Shown piece after piece: positions 1-10,598 of a stretch of 64,000 nucleotides of DNA. A program made the translations under genes and the position numbers. The stretch's first letter is position 1. Each line of letters starts with the position of its first letter. The stretch comes from an uncultured Methanoregulaceae archaeon (GTDB lineage Archaea; Halobacteriota; Methanomicrobia; Methanomicrobiales; Methanospirillaceae), in contig CAVUEE010000009.1 in the NCBI GenBank assembly GCA_963740465.1, forward strand, positions 58,700 to 122,699, read 5' to 3'. The notes beneath the pieces were generated by a model, which made no database searches, was not told the DNA's origin, and worked only from the letters and a program-made list of their open reading frames with translations.

Positions 1-564
1 CACGACGGCCGAGTCCCACCAGCGGATCATGGTGCTCGAGGTGATGGGGCGCCACGCGGGCTGGATCGCGACCTTCGCCGGCATCGCCGGCGGGGCCGAC
101 CAGATCCTCATCCCCGAGGTCCCGTTCGACTTCGACGAGGTCTGCGACAGCCTCCGGGGCCGGTTCAACCGCGGCAAGACGTTCTCGATCGTCGTCGTGG
201 CCGAAGGGGCGAAGCCGAAGGAGATGAGCGAGGCGGTGACCTCGTCCCAGAGGGTCGACGATTTCGGCCACGAGCAGCTCGGCGGGATCGGCCAGCTCCT
301 CGGCAAGGAGTCGAGCGCCGTCTCGGCGTGGAGACGCGGGTGACGGTCCTCGGGCACGTGCAGCGGGGCGGGTCGCCCACGGCGCACGACCGGGTCCTCG
401 CCTCGCGCTTCGGGGTCAAGGCGATCGAGCAGATCGCCGAGGGGAACTTCGGCGTCATGGTGGCCCAGCAGGGGGACCGGATCGTCCCCGTTCCGCTCGC
501 CGACGTCTGCCGCCTGAAGACGGTCGACATGGACCTCTTCAACATGGCGAAGATCTTCTTCTGA
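1..564 (+). pseudogene. pfk: 6-phosphofructokinase (PfkA family), 5' end outside window; frame break near 308-312
   Basis: Frame from nt 2 reads TTAESHQRIMVLEVMGRHAGWIA. ORF 328..564 continues ETRVTVLGHVQRGGSPTAHDR (PFK-A signature). The halves are in different frames; one missing base around GAG-TCGAG would restore GKEVERRLGVETR. Confidence 0.85.
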
Positions 565-569
565 TCTCC

Positions 570-575
570 TTTTTT
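570..575 (+). terminator. Oligo-T (T6) tract just after the pfk stop
   Basis: TGA at 562-564 is followed by ctccTTTTTTcc. Archaeal termination commonly uses oligo-T tracts. Confidence 0.4.
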
Positions 576-761
576 CCGGTCGATCCGTCGTCCTTCGGTG
601 CCACGGTACGGGTGTTCCGCCAACCCCCCGGCGGATCGACCACGATTTCGATGCTGGGAGCGAGCCGGGCCGGCAGGATACATACCCTTCCCGCGCCCTC
701 TCTTGAGAGTTGCCAGGGATGTGGGGAGTCGTTTTTTATCCCATTGATGCCACTGGTAATC

Positions 762-1685
762 ATGGCACCGAAGGATCGGGTCTTCGTCCCCTGCGACGTC
801 CCGTCGAAGGCGCGCGAGACCTATATCGAGAACTACCGGCTGGTCACCCACGACAGTGGACGGCTGATGCTCTTCGCGGGCGACCAGAAGGTCGAGCACC
901 TCAACGACGACTTCTACGGCGAGGGGATCCACGAGGACGACGCCGACCCCGAGCACCTCTTCCGGATCGCGGACCAGGCCCGGATCGGTGTCTTCGCGAC
1001 CCAGCTCGGCCTCATCGCCCGGTACGGCAGGGACTACCCGAAGGTCCCGTACCTGGTCAAGCTCAACTCCAAGACGCACCTTGTCAAGACGGCCCAGCAG
1101 GACCCGCTCTCGGGCGCGCTCTGGACGGTCAAGCAGGTCGCGAAGTTCCGCGACCGCTCGGGCCTGAAGATCGCGGCCGTCGGGTATACCATCTACCTCG
1201 GCTCGACCTTCGAGCCGCAGATGCTCCGCGAGGCGGCCGAGGCGATCAGCGATGCCCACAACGAGGGTCTCCTGGTCGTGCTCTGGATCTACCCGCGCGG
1301 CACCGCGGTCAAAGACGAGAAGGACCCGCACCTGATCGCCGGGGCGGCCGGTGTGGCTGCGACCCTCGGCGCGGACTTCGTAAAGGTGAACGCGCCCAAG
1401 AAGGAGGGCGAGAACCCGGCCCTGCTTCTCTGCGAGGCGACGAAGGCCGCTGGGCGGACCAAGGTCGTCTGCGCCGGCGGCTCGTCCACGGACGAGCGGA
1501 AGTTCCTCCAGGGCCTCTACGACCAGATCAACATCGGGTGCGCGTCGGGCAACGCGACCGGCCGGAACATCCACCAGAAGTCGCTCGCGGCCGCAGTCGC
1601 CATGTGCAACGCGATCTACGCGATCACGGTCGAGGGGAAGACCGTCGAGGAGGCGGCCGCCCTCCTCGAGGCCCCCTCCGCGTGA
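762..1685 (+). CDS. fba: Class I (archaeal DhnA/FbaB-type) fructose-bisphosphate aldolase
   Basis: ORF 612..1685; the ATG at 762 (MAPKDRVFVP) gives 307 aa. Segments LVVLWIYPRG, GADFVKVN and CAGGSS resemble archaeal class I FBP aldolases. It sits between pfk and fbp. Confidence 0.75.
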   Translation: MAPKDRVFVPCDVPSKARETYIENYRLVTHDSGRLMLFAGDQKVEHLNDDFYGEGIHEDDADPEHLFRIADQARIGVFATQLGLIARYGRDYPKVPYLVKLNSKTHLVKTAQQDPLSGALWTVKQVAKFRDRSGLKIAAVGYTIYLGSTFEPQMLREAAEAISDAHNEGLLVVLWIYPRGTAVKDEKDPHLIAGAAGVAATLGADFVKVNAPKKEGENPALLLCEATKAAGRTKVVCAGGSSTDERKFLQGLYDQINIGCASGNATGRNIHQKSLAAAVAMCNAIYAITVEGKTVEEAAALLEAPSA

Positions 1686-1695
1686 GGAGGCCTGG

Positions 1696-2584
1696 ATGGT
1701 CACGCTCCGCGAGTACCTCGACGGCACGGCCGCCTCCGAAGACCTCAAGGATCTGATCGAGCCTGGTCGCGGACCAGGCCGCGCCGATACGGGAGGCGTT
1801 CATCACGAACCAGGCCTATGTCGGGACCGAGAACGTCTCGGGCGAGGAGCAGGCCGCCATGGACGTCTGGGCCGACCGGCACCTGACCCGGGTCATCGGG
1901 GCGTCGGGACTCGTGGCCGAGCTCGCCTCCGAGGAGCAGGAGGAGATCGTCCGGTTCCCGAACGCGCGGGGCACGCTCGGCCTCGTCATGGACCCGCTCG
2001 ACGGCTCCTCCCTTGTCAAGGTCAACCTGGCCGTCGGCACGATCGTCGGGGTCTTCGATGGTCCCGTCCTCCAGCCCGGCGAGCGGCTGAAGGCCGCGTT
2101 CTACATGCTCTACGGTCCGATGACCACGCTGACCCTCTCCGTCGGCGAGGGTGTCCAGGTCTTTGCGCTTGCCGACGACGGCCAGTACCGCATGCTGCAT
2201 GGGAACGTCCGGATGCCCGAGGGGAAGCTCTACGGCTCGGGCGGCGCGAAGCCGACCTGGACCGACGCGCACTGCCGGTTCATCGAGGGGATCGAGCAGG
2301 ACGGCGGGAAGCTCCGGTACTCCGGGGCCTTTGTCGCCGACTTCCACCAGATCCTCACCTACGGCGGGGTCTACTGCTACCCGTGCGTCCCGGGTAAAGA
2401 GGGCAAGCTCCGCCTCCTCTTCGAGGCGAACCCGATGGGGTTCCTCGCGCACGAGGCGGGCGGCGTCTGCACGGACGGCGAGCGGCTCCTGCTCGAGGTC
2501 CAGCCCGAGCGCGTCCACCAGAAGGTCCCGATCTACATCGGCAGCCGGTCGATCATCTGCCGGGTCACGTCCTGCTGCCGGTGA
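1696..2584 (+). pseudogene. fbp: Class I fructose-1,6-bisphosphatase; frame break near 1762
   Basis: The N-terminus MVTLREYLDG..LKDLIE is in the frame of ORF 1696. The rest (LVADQAAPIREAF..DVWADRH..MDPLDGSS..YGGVYCYP) is in the frame of ORF 1859..2584. DPLDGSS is the FBPase metal-binding motif. An extra C at GAGC(C)TGG explains the shift. Confidence 0.85.
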
Positions 2585-2684
2585 GGCGTCCCCGGAGCAG
2601 GGGCCGGCCCTGTTTCGGATTTTCGTCCGATCCGCAGGGAAACGGTGAATAGCCGGCATGCGGTACGTACTCCTTCGTGAGGGG

Positions 2685-3753
2685 ATGAAGACCACCATTT
2701 CCGTTGTCGGGGCCGGTGTCGGGTCCTTCCCGGGTCCATCCCGGGTCCACCCCCGCCTGCTCGAGGAGGCGGCGAAGCGCCTGAAGGAGCAGGAGGGCGG
2801 ACTGCTGATCGACTCGTTCGTCACCCGCTGCGGCGACGGCCTCGAGCTCGTGATGACCCACGCGCAGGGCGCCGGCGACGAGGAGATTCGCCGCCTGGCA
2901 TACGAGGTCCTCCTGTCGTGCGATGGGATCGCGAAGGGGATGAGGCTCCACGGCGTTGACCGGGAATTTTCTTCCGACGCCGTCGAGGGCGCGGCCGAGA
3001 TGGAGTTCGAGGAGCGGGAGTCTGAACCGCTGCTCCTGTTCATGGCGGCCGCAGCGAGGGCGGGCGCCTGGAACTTCCACCTTTACAGGACCTTCGCCGA
3101 CCCGTTCACCACGCCCGGGCTCGTGAGCGATCCGTCCATGCACGACGGGTTCGTCTTCGAGGTCCACGACCTCGCCGCGCGCCGGAGGGCCTTCTTCCGG
3201 ACGCCGGAGGAGTCGTACAGTCTGCTGGCACTGCATTGGGGCGCCGTCCCGGTACGTCGTCAGGAACGTCTTCTCGAAGGAGGGCACGGTCGCGGCCTCG
3301 ACCTCGATCCGGGTGCCGACCGATGTCGCCGGCCCGCACGTCGACCCGGGCCATCCGGTCCTGATCGTCCGGTCGGAGTCGGGGTTTCCCGCTGTCGGCG
3401 AGATCCTGGCCCCATTCACGACGCCGTCGCTCGTCGCGGGCGGACTGCGGGGAGCCTATAACGCCCCGCTCGTACCGGTCGCGGTCTGCGATGCGGGCTG
3501 CACCGTCTCCGACGGCCCGCCGCGCGCGACCTGCCTCGGGTTCCAGGTCTCCAACGGCCGGCTGATCGGGCCGGCGGACATGTTCGACGACCCGGCCTTC
3601 GATCCCGTCCGGAGGAGGTGCTTCGAACTCGCCGAGACGCTCCGCGACCTCGGCCCGTTCGAACCGCACCGGCTCTCGCTCACCGAGATGGAGCATGCGA
3701 CCCTGCCCGGTATCGAGCAGGAGCTGAAGAACCGGTGGGAGCCGCTCGAATAA
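2685..3753 (+). pseudogene. Bifunctional fructose-1,6-bisphosphate aldolase/phosphatase (archaeal class V FBPase); frame break near 3234
   Basis: MKTTISVVGAGVGSFPG.. start at 2685 within ORF 2658..3461. The C-terminal half (IGAPSRYVVRNVFSKEGTVAA..PVLIVRSESGFPAVGEILAPF..) is in the frame of ORF 3313..3753. Confidence 0.8.
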
Positions 3754-3815
3754 TCTCCCCTTTTCTACCGAACGCCTTATCTTGGCGAGCGCCCTCCCCG
3801 TCACGGGATGAACCG

Positions 3816-4488
3816 ATGGCAACCATCACGCAGTACAGCGCGGCCAACCTGATCGCGGACGCGAAGGTCGATCCCGAGCGGTGGAGCCGGATCCCGGACT
3901 GGGCGACGATCGATAGAACGGTCGGGGCGATCGAGGCACGGAACGTCCGCGTGGTCCGGGCTGCGACGGGCGATGCGGCGCGACAGGCCCTGCTCGACAT
4001 GATTCCGAACGGGGCCGAAGTGATGAACGGCGCCTCGACAACGCTGAACGAGATCGGGTACGAGTCGCTGCTGAAAGAGAACCCGAAGGGGTGGCGCGAC
4101 TACCACACGGTGATCACGGCCGAGAACGACGAGGAGAAGCGGAATGCCCTCCGGCGGAAGGGAGTGGCCGCCGACTGGTTCCTCTCGGGCGTCCAGGCGA
4201 TCGCCGAGACGGGCGAGCTCGTCGGATGCGACAAGACTGGGAGCCGGGTCGGCGCCTGGCCTGTACGCGGCCGGCCGCCTGATCCTGGTCTCGGGGGTGA
4301 ACAAGATCGTGCCGACCCTTGACGACGCCCTTGCCCGGTGCTGGGAGTACGCCCTGCCGGTGGAGATGCAGAGGGCCCGGCGGGTCTACGGGACATCGAG
4401 CGAGATCGGGAAGATCGTGGTCCTCGAGAAGGAGATGGCCGCGGATCGGGTCACGCTGATCCTGATCGGCGAGAGTCTCGGGTACTGA
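3816..4488 (+). pseudogene. LUD-domain (lactate-utilisation B/C-like, DUF162) protein; frame break near 4250
   Basis: ATG at 3816 (MATITQYSAANL..) in ORF 3618..4322. The tail (YAAGRLILVSGVNKIVPTLDDALARCWEYALP..) is in ORF 4144..4488. Confidence 0.55.
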
Positions 4489-5012
4489 CCCGATCGGCGA
4501 ACTCCTCGATCGGCCGCCGTGCGATCGAGCCGGGGGCTGGAAGCGGAGGCACCGCGCTCAGGACACGCCCCCCCGTCAGGTCGAGGAAAACGCGGTCGTC
4601 CTGCAGGTAGACGTAGCGGGCGTCCGGAGCGGGGGGCCCGGGCCTGAAGCCGAGATCGACCGCGTCGAGCGCGAACGGCGTCCTAGATCTCGACGACGTC
4701 GTCTGCGGCCCTCCCGGCAGTTCCGCCGCTCGGGGAAGAGGCCGTCGATCGAGTCCAGCACGCTCGCGACCTTCGGGTTCTCGAAGAGCCTGCGGAACGC
4801 TTCGAGTTCGTGGCCGCTCATGATCATGAGCCCCTTGCGCTTGATCGGCAGGCCGCTCTCGCCGATCGGGTTCAGCTCGAGCGCCAGCGAGGCGGAACGG
4901 TTGCGGGTCTTCGGGGAGCTTGATCAGGTACACGCCCGGGCACGGTGGTGTTCTTTCTTTCCCAGTCCTCTCCGTTCTCGAGAAAGGCTCTCAGGCTATC
5001 ATTGATCTCCAT
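4451..5012 (-). pseudogene. Hypothetical small protein readable only across several frames
   Basis: ATG at 5012 gives MEINDSLRAFLENGEDWERKNTTVPG. It continues as VYLIKLP, then TRNRSASLALELNPIGESGLPIKRKGLMIMSGHELEAFRRLFENPKVASVLDSIDGLFP in other frames. It possibly runs on to ..ARYVYLQDDRVFLDLTGG.. (ORF 4451..4933). No family recognised; the 3' limit is uncertain (an alternative stop lies near 4684). Confidence 0.3.
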
Positions 5013-5106
5013 GGCGGTGTGATGGTATCTCATCCTACAAGGGTTTTTGTGCCGCCCCCCGCGATTCGATACAGACTTATCGGCGGAGCGTTATTGTACA
5101 GAGACA

Positions 5107-5283
5107 ATGGATACGCGTCTCCTGGACCTCCTTATCGGGGTCGTCGCCCTGCTCGTCATGATCATGCTGATCGTCGGCCTGCCGCTCATCATGCCTTCCG
5201 GACTGGCGTACCTGCTCGCCATCGTGATCTTCCTCGTCCTGATGAGCGTTGCGGGGTACGTGATCAACGAGAAGATCCGCTAG
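5107..5283 (+). CDS. Small (58 aa) two-helix membrane protein, unknown function
   Basis: The ATG at 5107 inside ORF 5047..5283 gives MDTRLLDLLIGVVALLVMIMLIVGLPLIMPSGLAYLLAIVIFLVLMSVAGYVINEKIR, with two hydrophobic spans. Confidence 0.45.
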   Translation: MDTRLLDLLIGVVALLVMIMLIVGLPLIMPSGLAYLLAIVIFLVLMSVAGYVINEKIR

Positions 5284-5321
5284 GCGTCTCGACTGGCGGC
5301 GGGTTCCCTTTCTTCTTCCGG

Positions 5322-6338
5322 TCAGTACCCGAGCGGGCCGCCTATCCGCTCGCAGAGAGCGTCCCGGCGGACGCAGAGCCCGTTCGTCTCCATGGTCGCG
5401 CAGGACGGCGGGGTATACTCGGTCCCCGAGCGGCCCGAGATGTGCTCGACCTGGTAGAGGGTCTTCTCGATGTCGAAGTCGGGGGAGCGCTGGTAGACCT
5501 CGACAATCTGGGTGGTCGAGAGCCCGATGGTATGGAGGAACGCGGTCAGCGCGAACCGGCCCATGTGCGTCAGGTTCGCGCCGCTCGCGAGCGCCATGAC
5601 CAGCGCGGCCATGCAGGGCGGGTACCGCGACTCGTCGATCGGCCCGAGGTTCCGGAGCATCTGCCCCTGGTGGACCGCGGTCAGCCGCTCGATCGCGGGC
5701 GCGAGAAGGGCGCAGACCTCCGCCGGCACCCTCGGCAACCCGCGGGCGCGGATCACGACGCGGATCCGCTCCCGAAGAAGGACCTCGAACTCGGTCGCGT
5801 AAACCCGGACGACCCCGCCCGAGACCTCGCGGTTGACCAGGCGCCAGCCCGGCTCGCGCAGGCCGGCCGCCATCTCGATGTACGGAACGACGGGGACCGT
5901 TACGGTATCGCCATGGATCTGAAGGCCGAGCCGCATTGCGACTTCATCTCGCTTGGCCGCGGCGGCCTCCGCTGTCTCCTTCGACTCGTCGCTCATCAAG
6001 AAAAACGAGGAGCGACGGGCCTCGTACGAGATCAGCCGCTCGATCACGGTCCGGTCGTTGATACAGGAGGCGATGACCCGCGCCATCCCATATGCATAGA
6101 GGGACTCGAGAGGATCTGGACCTCCTTCATAGGACTCCTTAAAGTGAGCCTTCAGGCTCTCTGGCGTGATCGTGATCGCGGCCTCGATCCGTTCGGTTGC
6201 CAGGCGGATGATCCGAGCACCTACATCACTTTCAAGAAAGGCCTCGAGCTGGTTCAGCTGCGACCCGGCGATCTTCGCCTGGGCCTCCTGTAAAAACGGG
6301 TACCGGGCCAGGTCCTTCGGTTCGAACACCGGCCGCAT
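5322..6338 (-). CDS. priL: DNA primase large (regulatory) subunit PriL
   Basis: 338-aa ORF. The C-terminal region ..YPPCMAALVMAL..HMGRFALTAFLHTIG..YTPPSCATME..GLC.. is typical of the archaeal PriL Fe-S domain. Confidence 0.85.
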   Translation of the reverse strand: MRPVFEPKDLARYPFLQEAQAKIAGSQLNQLEAFLESDVGARIIRLATERIEAAITITPESLKAHFKESYEGGPDPLESLYAYGMARVIASCINDRTVIERLISYEARRSSFFLMSDESKETAEAAAAKRDEVAMRLGLQIHGDTVTVPVVPYIEMAAGLREPGWRLVNREVSGGVVRVYATEFEVLLRERIRVVIRARGLPRVPAEVCALLAPAIERLTAVHQGQMLRNLGPIDESRYPPCMAALVMALASGANLTHMGRFALTAFLHTIGLSTTQIVEVYQRSPDFDIEKTLYQVEHISGRSGTEYTPPSCATMETNGLCVRRDALCERIGGPLGY

Positions 6339-6352
6339 CCGGTCTCCGGGGC

Positions 6353-7096
6353 TCAGTCGGCCTCGATCCGCGGCGCGAGCAGGTAGATCACGCGCCCCTT
6401 GCCGCCCGCGATCTCGAAGGTGAACCGGACCGGGTGGTCCACCCCGATCCCGATCTCGATCTCGCTCGCACGGCTCATGGTCTTCGCCATGTCCTTGAGG
6501 TAGTCGAGGCTGAAGAGCGAACGCGCCTTCACGTCCGCGAGCGACTGCACGTCGTCCGGGCCGAGCTCGAGCCGGATGTTATCCGTGTCGCCCTCTGCCT
6601 CCATGAAGAAGACCCGGGCCTCGGGATCGATCCCGAGCGCGATCTTGTCCGAGACGACCGCGGCGGCCTTGATCGCGTTCGTGAGCTTCGCCCCCTCGAG
6701 GACCACCGTCCCCGGCAGCTCCAGTGTCGGCGCGTTCGGGTCCTTCCGGATCGTGTTCGGATCGAGGAGGGTCAGCGAGTACTGATAGCTCTGGAACGCC
6801 AGGTTCAGGCGCTGCGACCCCTCCGGTATCGAGAGCATGAGCCGTTCGCCGCGGTTCACCATCCCGATGATGTTCTTCAGCTTGGTCACGTCGATCCCGA
6901 GCGCGGACTCCGAGGCCTCGAAGACCTCGAATGCGTCCGGCCCGAGCTCAAGCGAGACCATTGCGACGTTCGCGGTGTCGACCGCCCTCGTCCTCATTCC
7001 CTCGCTGTCGACATGGAGGCGGCACTCGCTCACGAGAGCGGCGATGGCGTCGACTGCCTCCCTGAAGACATCTGCGTCGATGGTGGCGCGTAACAT
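6353..7096 (-). CDS. pcn: DNA polymerase sliding clamp PCNA
   Basis: ORF 6353..7111; the ATG at 7096 gives MLRATIDADVFREAVDAIAALV.., ending ..YLLAPRIEAD. Length and pattern are typical of archaeal PCNA. Confidence 0.9.
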   Translation of the reverse strand: MLRATIDADVFREAVDAIAALVSECRLHVDSEGMRTRAVDTANVAMVSLELGPDAFEVFEASESALGIDVTKLKNIIGMVNRGERLMLSIPEGSQRLNLAFQSYQYSLTLLDPNTIRKDPNAPTLELPGTVVLEGAKLTNAIKAAAVVSDKIALGIDPEARVFFMEAEGDTDNIRLELGPDDVQSLADVKARSLFSLDYLKDMAKTMSRASEIEIGIGVDHPVRFTFEIAGGKGRVIYLLAPRIEAD

Positions 7097-7115
7097 GGAT
7101 ACCCCTGACACTCTC

Positions 7116-7124
7116 TATTATAAA
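7116..7124 (-). promoter_or_regulatory. TATA-box-like element (TTTATAATA on minus strand) upstream of pcn
   Basis: Its centre is ~25 nt upstream of the ATG at 7096, which would imply a leaderless or near-leaderless mRNA. Confidence 0.35.
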
Positions 7125-7239
7125 CTGACTAGTCATAGTTTTAATGATATCGCACCGGAGCGGCAACCGGAAGGTTGATACGCTCCGGTTTCCGTGAACG
7201 CGTCACGGGAGAGGCACCAATCGGGAGCAGACATAAAAC

Positions 7240-7839
7240 ATGGGATCGCAATGGGGAGAGGACCGGGAATATCGTAGGGCCATGCGCGAGGGCTATCGCT
7301 CGCGGGCCGCATACAAGCTGCTCGAGGTCCAGCAGCACGCCGGCGTGATCCGGCAGGACGACAACGTGGTCGACCTCGGGGCCGCGCCGGGCTCCTGGCT
7401 TCAGGTGATTCGCACGCTCACGGAGGGGCGCGTGCTCGGGGTCGACCTGAACCCGATCGCGCCGATGGAAGGGGTCGAGACAATCGTCGGCGACTTCTCC
7501 GACCCCGCGCTTCCGGCGCGCGTGAAGGAGGCGCTCGGAATCGTGAACGTGGTCGTCGCGGACGCCTCGCCGAAGCTCTCGGGGCAACGCTCGTACGACC
7601 AGGCCCGCTCTATCGAGCTCGGCGAGCAGGCGCTCGCGTTCGCCTGCGCGACCCTGAAGCCGGGCGGCAACTTCGTCGTCAAGTCGTTCCAGGGCGAGGA
7701 CTTCGCCGAGTTCCTGGCAAAGGTCCGGGTGGCGTTCCGGTCCGGCAAGACGTACCAGGCGAAGGCGAGCCGGAAGGGGTCGCGCGAGATCTACATCATC
7801 GGCAAAAACTTTGTCGGGTGTGATGCCGGTGCTGACTGA
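7240..7839 (+). CDS. rlmE: 23S rRNA (uridine-2'-O)-methyltransferase RlmE/FtsJ
   Basis: 199 aa with YRSRAAYKLLE..VVDLGAAPGSWLQV..VVADASPKLSG..FVVKSFQG, the FtsJ/RrmJ SAM-MTase motifs. Confidence 0.9.
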   Translation: MGSQWGEDREYRRAMREGYRSRAAYKLLEVQQHAGVIRQDDNVVDLGAAPGSWLQVIRTLTEGRVLGVDLNPIAPMEGVETIVGDFSDPALPARVKEALGIVNVVVADASPKLSGQRSYDQARSIELGEQALAFACATLKPGGNFVVKSFQGEDFAEFLAKVRVAFRSGKTYQAKASRKGSREIYIIGKNFVGCDAGAD

Positions 7840-8704
7840 TCCTTCGGGCCGGACCGTCACGAATATACGGATCAGCCTGACGCAGGCCTGCAACCTCAAC
7901 TGCATCTACTGCCACGCCGAGGGCGAGAAGAACCCCGAGCAGGAGCTCTCGGCCGAGCAGATCGCGGAGATCCTCCGCGTGGCCCAGTCCTTTGGGATCC
8001 GGTCGGTCAAGTTCACGGGGGGCGAGCCCCTGATGCGCTCCGACCTCGCCCGGATCATCGCGTCGGTGCCGCCAGGGATGGAGGTCTCGCTGACCACGAA
8101 CGCGACCATGCTTGCGGACCGGGCGCAGGAGCTCAGGGACGCCGGGCTCAACCGGGTCAATGTCTCGCTCGACACGATGGACCCCGAGCGATACGAACAG
8201 ATCGCGGGAAAGCCCATGCTCGGCGAGGCTCTTGCCGGGATCGACGCGGCCCTGAAAGCGGGCCTGACCCCCGTCAAGATCAATATGGTCGTGCTCTCGG
8301 GGATCAATGAGGATGAGGTTGATACCTTCATTGACTTCGTGCGGGACGACCCCAACCTGGTGCTGCAGCTGATCGAGCTGATGGACTTCCGCGACTGCGA
8401 CCACCACGGCGACGTGAAGGGAATCGAGGACCGGATCGCGGCCATGGCGGACCGCGTCGAGACCCGGCGGATGCACCACCGGAAGAAATACTTCGTCAGG
8501 GGAGCGGAAGTCGAGGTCGTCCGCCCGCTTCACAACACGGAGTTCTGCGCCTACTGCAACCGGCTCCGCCTCACCTCCGACGGGAAGCTCAAGCCCTGCC
8601 TGCTCCGCTCGGACAACCTGGTCGATGTCCGCGGGCTGCACGGCCCCGCGCTCGAGGATGCGTTCCGCGAGGCCGTGAAGCGGCGGACTCCGTACTTCGC
8701 CTGA
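7823..8704 (+). CDS. moaA: GTP 3',8-cyclase MoaA (molybdenum cofactor biosynthesis, radical SAM)
   Basis: ORF 7811..8704 (TTG); ATG at 7823. Has the CNLNCIYC radical-SAM cluster motif and C-terminal FCAYCNRLRLTSDGKLKPCL. It overlaps the rlmE 3' end. Confidence 0.9.
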   Translation: MPVLTDPSGRTVTNIRISLTQACNLNCIYCHAEGEKNPEQELSAEQIAEILRVAQSFGIRSVKFTGGEPLMRSDLARIIASVPPGMEVSLTTNATMLADRAQELRDAGLNRVNVSLDTMDPERYEQIAGKPMLGEALAGIDAALKAGLTPVKINMVVLSGINEDEVDTFIDFVRDDPNLVLQLIELMDFRDCDHHGDVKGIEDRIAAMADRVETRRMHHRKKYFVRGAEVEVVRPLHNTEFCAYCNRLRLTSDGKLKPCLLRSDNLVDVRGLHGPALEDAFREAVKRRTPYFA

Positions 8705-8705
8705 G

Positions 8706-10550
8706 ATGTGCGGGATAGCGGGGGTCGTGGAGACTGGCGGCGGTGCCGCGGATGAGGCCCTCCTCGAGCGGATGAGTGCGCTCCTCGCGCACCGCGGGCC
8801 CGACGCCAGCGGGACGGTGGTGGAGGGGGCGGTCGGGCTCGCCCACCGGCGGCTCGCGATCATCGACCTCTCGGACGAGGGGTGCCAGCCGATGACGAGT
8901 GCGGACGGCGCGCTCACGATCGTCTTCAACGGGGAGGTCTTCAACTATCTCGAGCTCCGCGAGGAGCTCCGGGCCGCAGGGCACACATTCCGCACCGGGA
9001 CCGATACCGAGGTGGTGCTCGCCGCGTACGCCGCGTGGGGGCGCGACTGCCTTGCCCGCTTCAACGGGATGTGGGCCTTCGCCATTCTCGACCGGCCGCG
9101 GGGCGAGGTCTTTCTCGCCCGGGACCGGCTGGGGGTCAAGCCGCTGTACTACGTCCGGGCTGGCGATCGTTTTCTCTTTGCCTCAGAGGTCAAGGCTTTG
9201 CTCGCCGACCCCCCTGTCGGAATGGTCCCGTGCGAGCCCGCGCTCGCCACGTTCCTCGCCTGGGGCGTCCTCGACCACTCGCCACTCACCATGTTCGAGG
9301 GGGTTCTCCAGCTCCCGCCCGGCCACTGGATGGCGGTCGGGGACGGGCGGGGTCGAGGGGCCGGTCCGCTGGTGGGATCTTGCGGTGAATCCCGAGATCG
9401 CGTCGCCGCCCGCGCTCGAGGCCGACGCTCCTACGCGATTGCTCGAGCTGCTGACCGACTCAGTCCGCCTGCGCCTTCGGGCCGACGTCCCGGTCGGGAC
9501 CTGCCTCTCGGGCGGAATCGACTCCTCGACCATCGTGGCCCTGATCGCGCGCCTGCTCGCAACCGAGCACCCGGACTCGATCGGGGAGCGGCAGCGGACC
9601 TTCTCGGCCGTCTACGCCGACCCACGGTTCGACGAACGGGCGTTCATGGAGGTGGCGGCAGAGTCCGCCGGGGTGGCCGGCGCGTACGTCGAGCCCGCCC
9701 CTGACCGGCTCAGTGCCGACCTGCTCGACCTCGTCTGGGCCCAGGACGAGCCGTTCGGCTCGCTCTCGATCTACGCGCAGTACTGCGTGATGCGCCTCGC
9801 GGCCGAGTCGGTCACGGTCGTGCTCGACGGCCAGGGCGCGGACGAGCAGCTCGCGGGGTACCTCGCGTACCAGGGCACGTACCTCGCAACACTCGCGCGC
9901 CGCGGAAAGGTGGCCCGGCTCATCGAAGAGGCGCTCGGGACGCTCCGGCACCACCGGGGCTTCTTCGCGGACGCGGCGCGGCAGCTCGTGGTCCGGCGGG
10001 GCCGGCGCGGGCTCCTCCGGATCGACGCCCCGCCCGTTCATCGCTACGCCGGCAACCTCGACCACGTTCTCCGGCAGGAGACGGTCGTGACGAACCTGCC
10101 CGCACTCCTCCACTACGAGGACCGGAACTCGATGCACTTCTCGATCGAGGCGAGGGTGCCGTTCCTCGACTACAGGGTCGTCGAGTACCTCGCATCGCTC
10201 CCCCTCGACCAGAAACTCCGTCGCGGCGTCACGAAGCTGGTGCTCCGGCGCGCCATCAAAAGCTCGTACCCGAGACGATCCGCTGCCGGATGGACAAGAT
10301 GGGCTTCGTCACGCCCGAGGAGGTCTGGATGGGGCGCGAGCTCGGTCAGCTCGTGGATGAGGTCTTCGCCTCGGAGTCGTTCCGCTCGCGCCCGTACTGG
10401 GACGCGGACGCAGTCGCAGCGGACTTCGCGCGGTACCGGGCCGGAAAGGCCCCGTACTCGCAGGAGGTCTTCCGGGTCTTCGTGACGGAGCTCTGGCTCC
10501 GTCTCTTCTTCGACGACCGCGAGAAGGCCCTCCGGGAGCGGTCCTCCTGA
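8706..10550 (+). pseudogene. asnB: Asparagine synthase (glutamine-hydrolysing) family; two frame breaks (~9348 and A4 run 10257-10261)
   Basis: MCGIAGV.. (N-terminal Cys nucleophile) in ORF 8706..9704. SGGIDSS PP-loop and HYEDRNSMHFSIEARVPFLD are in ORF 8899..10485. The tail RCRMDKMGFVTPEE.. is in ORF 10290..10550. Confidence 0.85.
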
Positions 10551-10598
10551 AGGAAACGAAAAGGGATCTGTGTAGGACACAGCGGACGCCGATTATTT

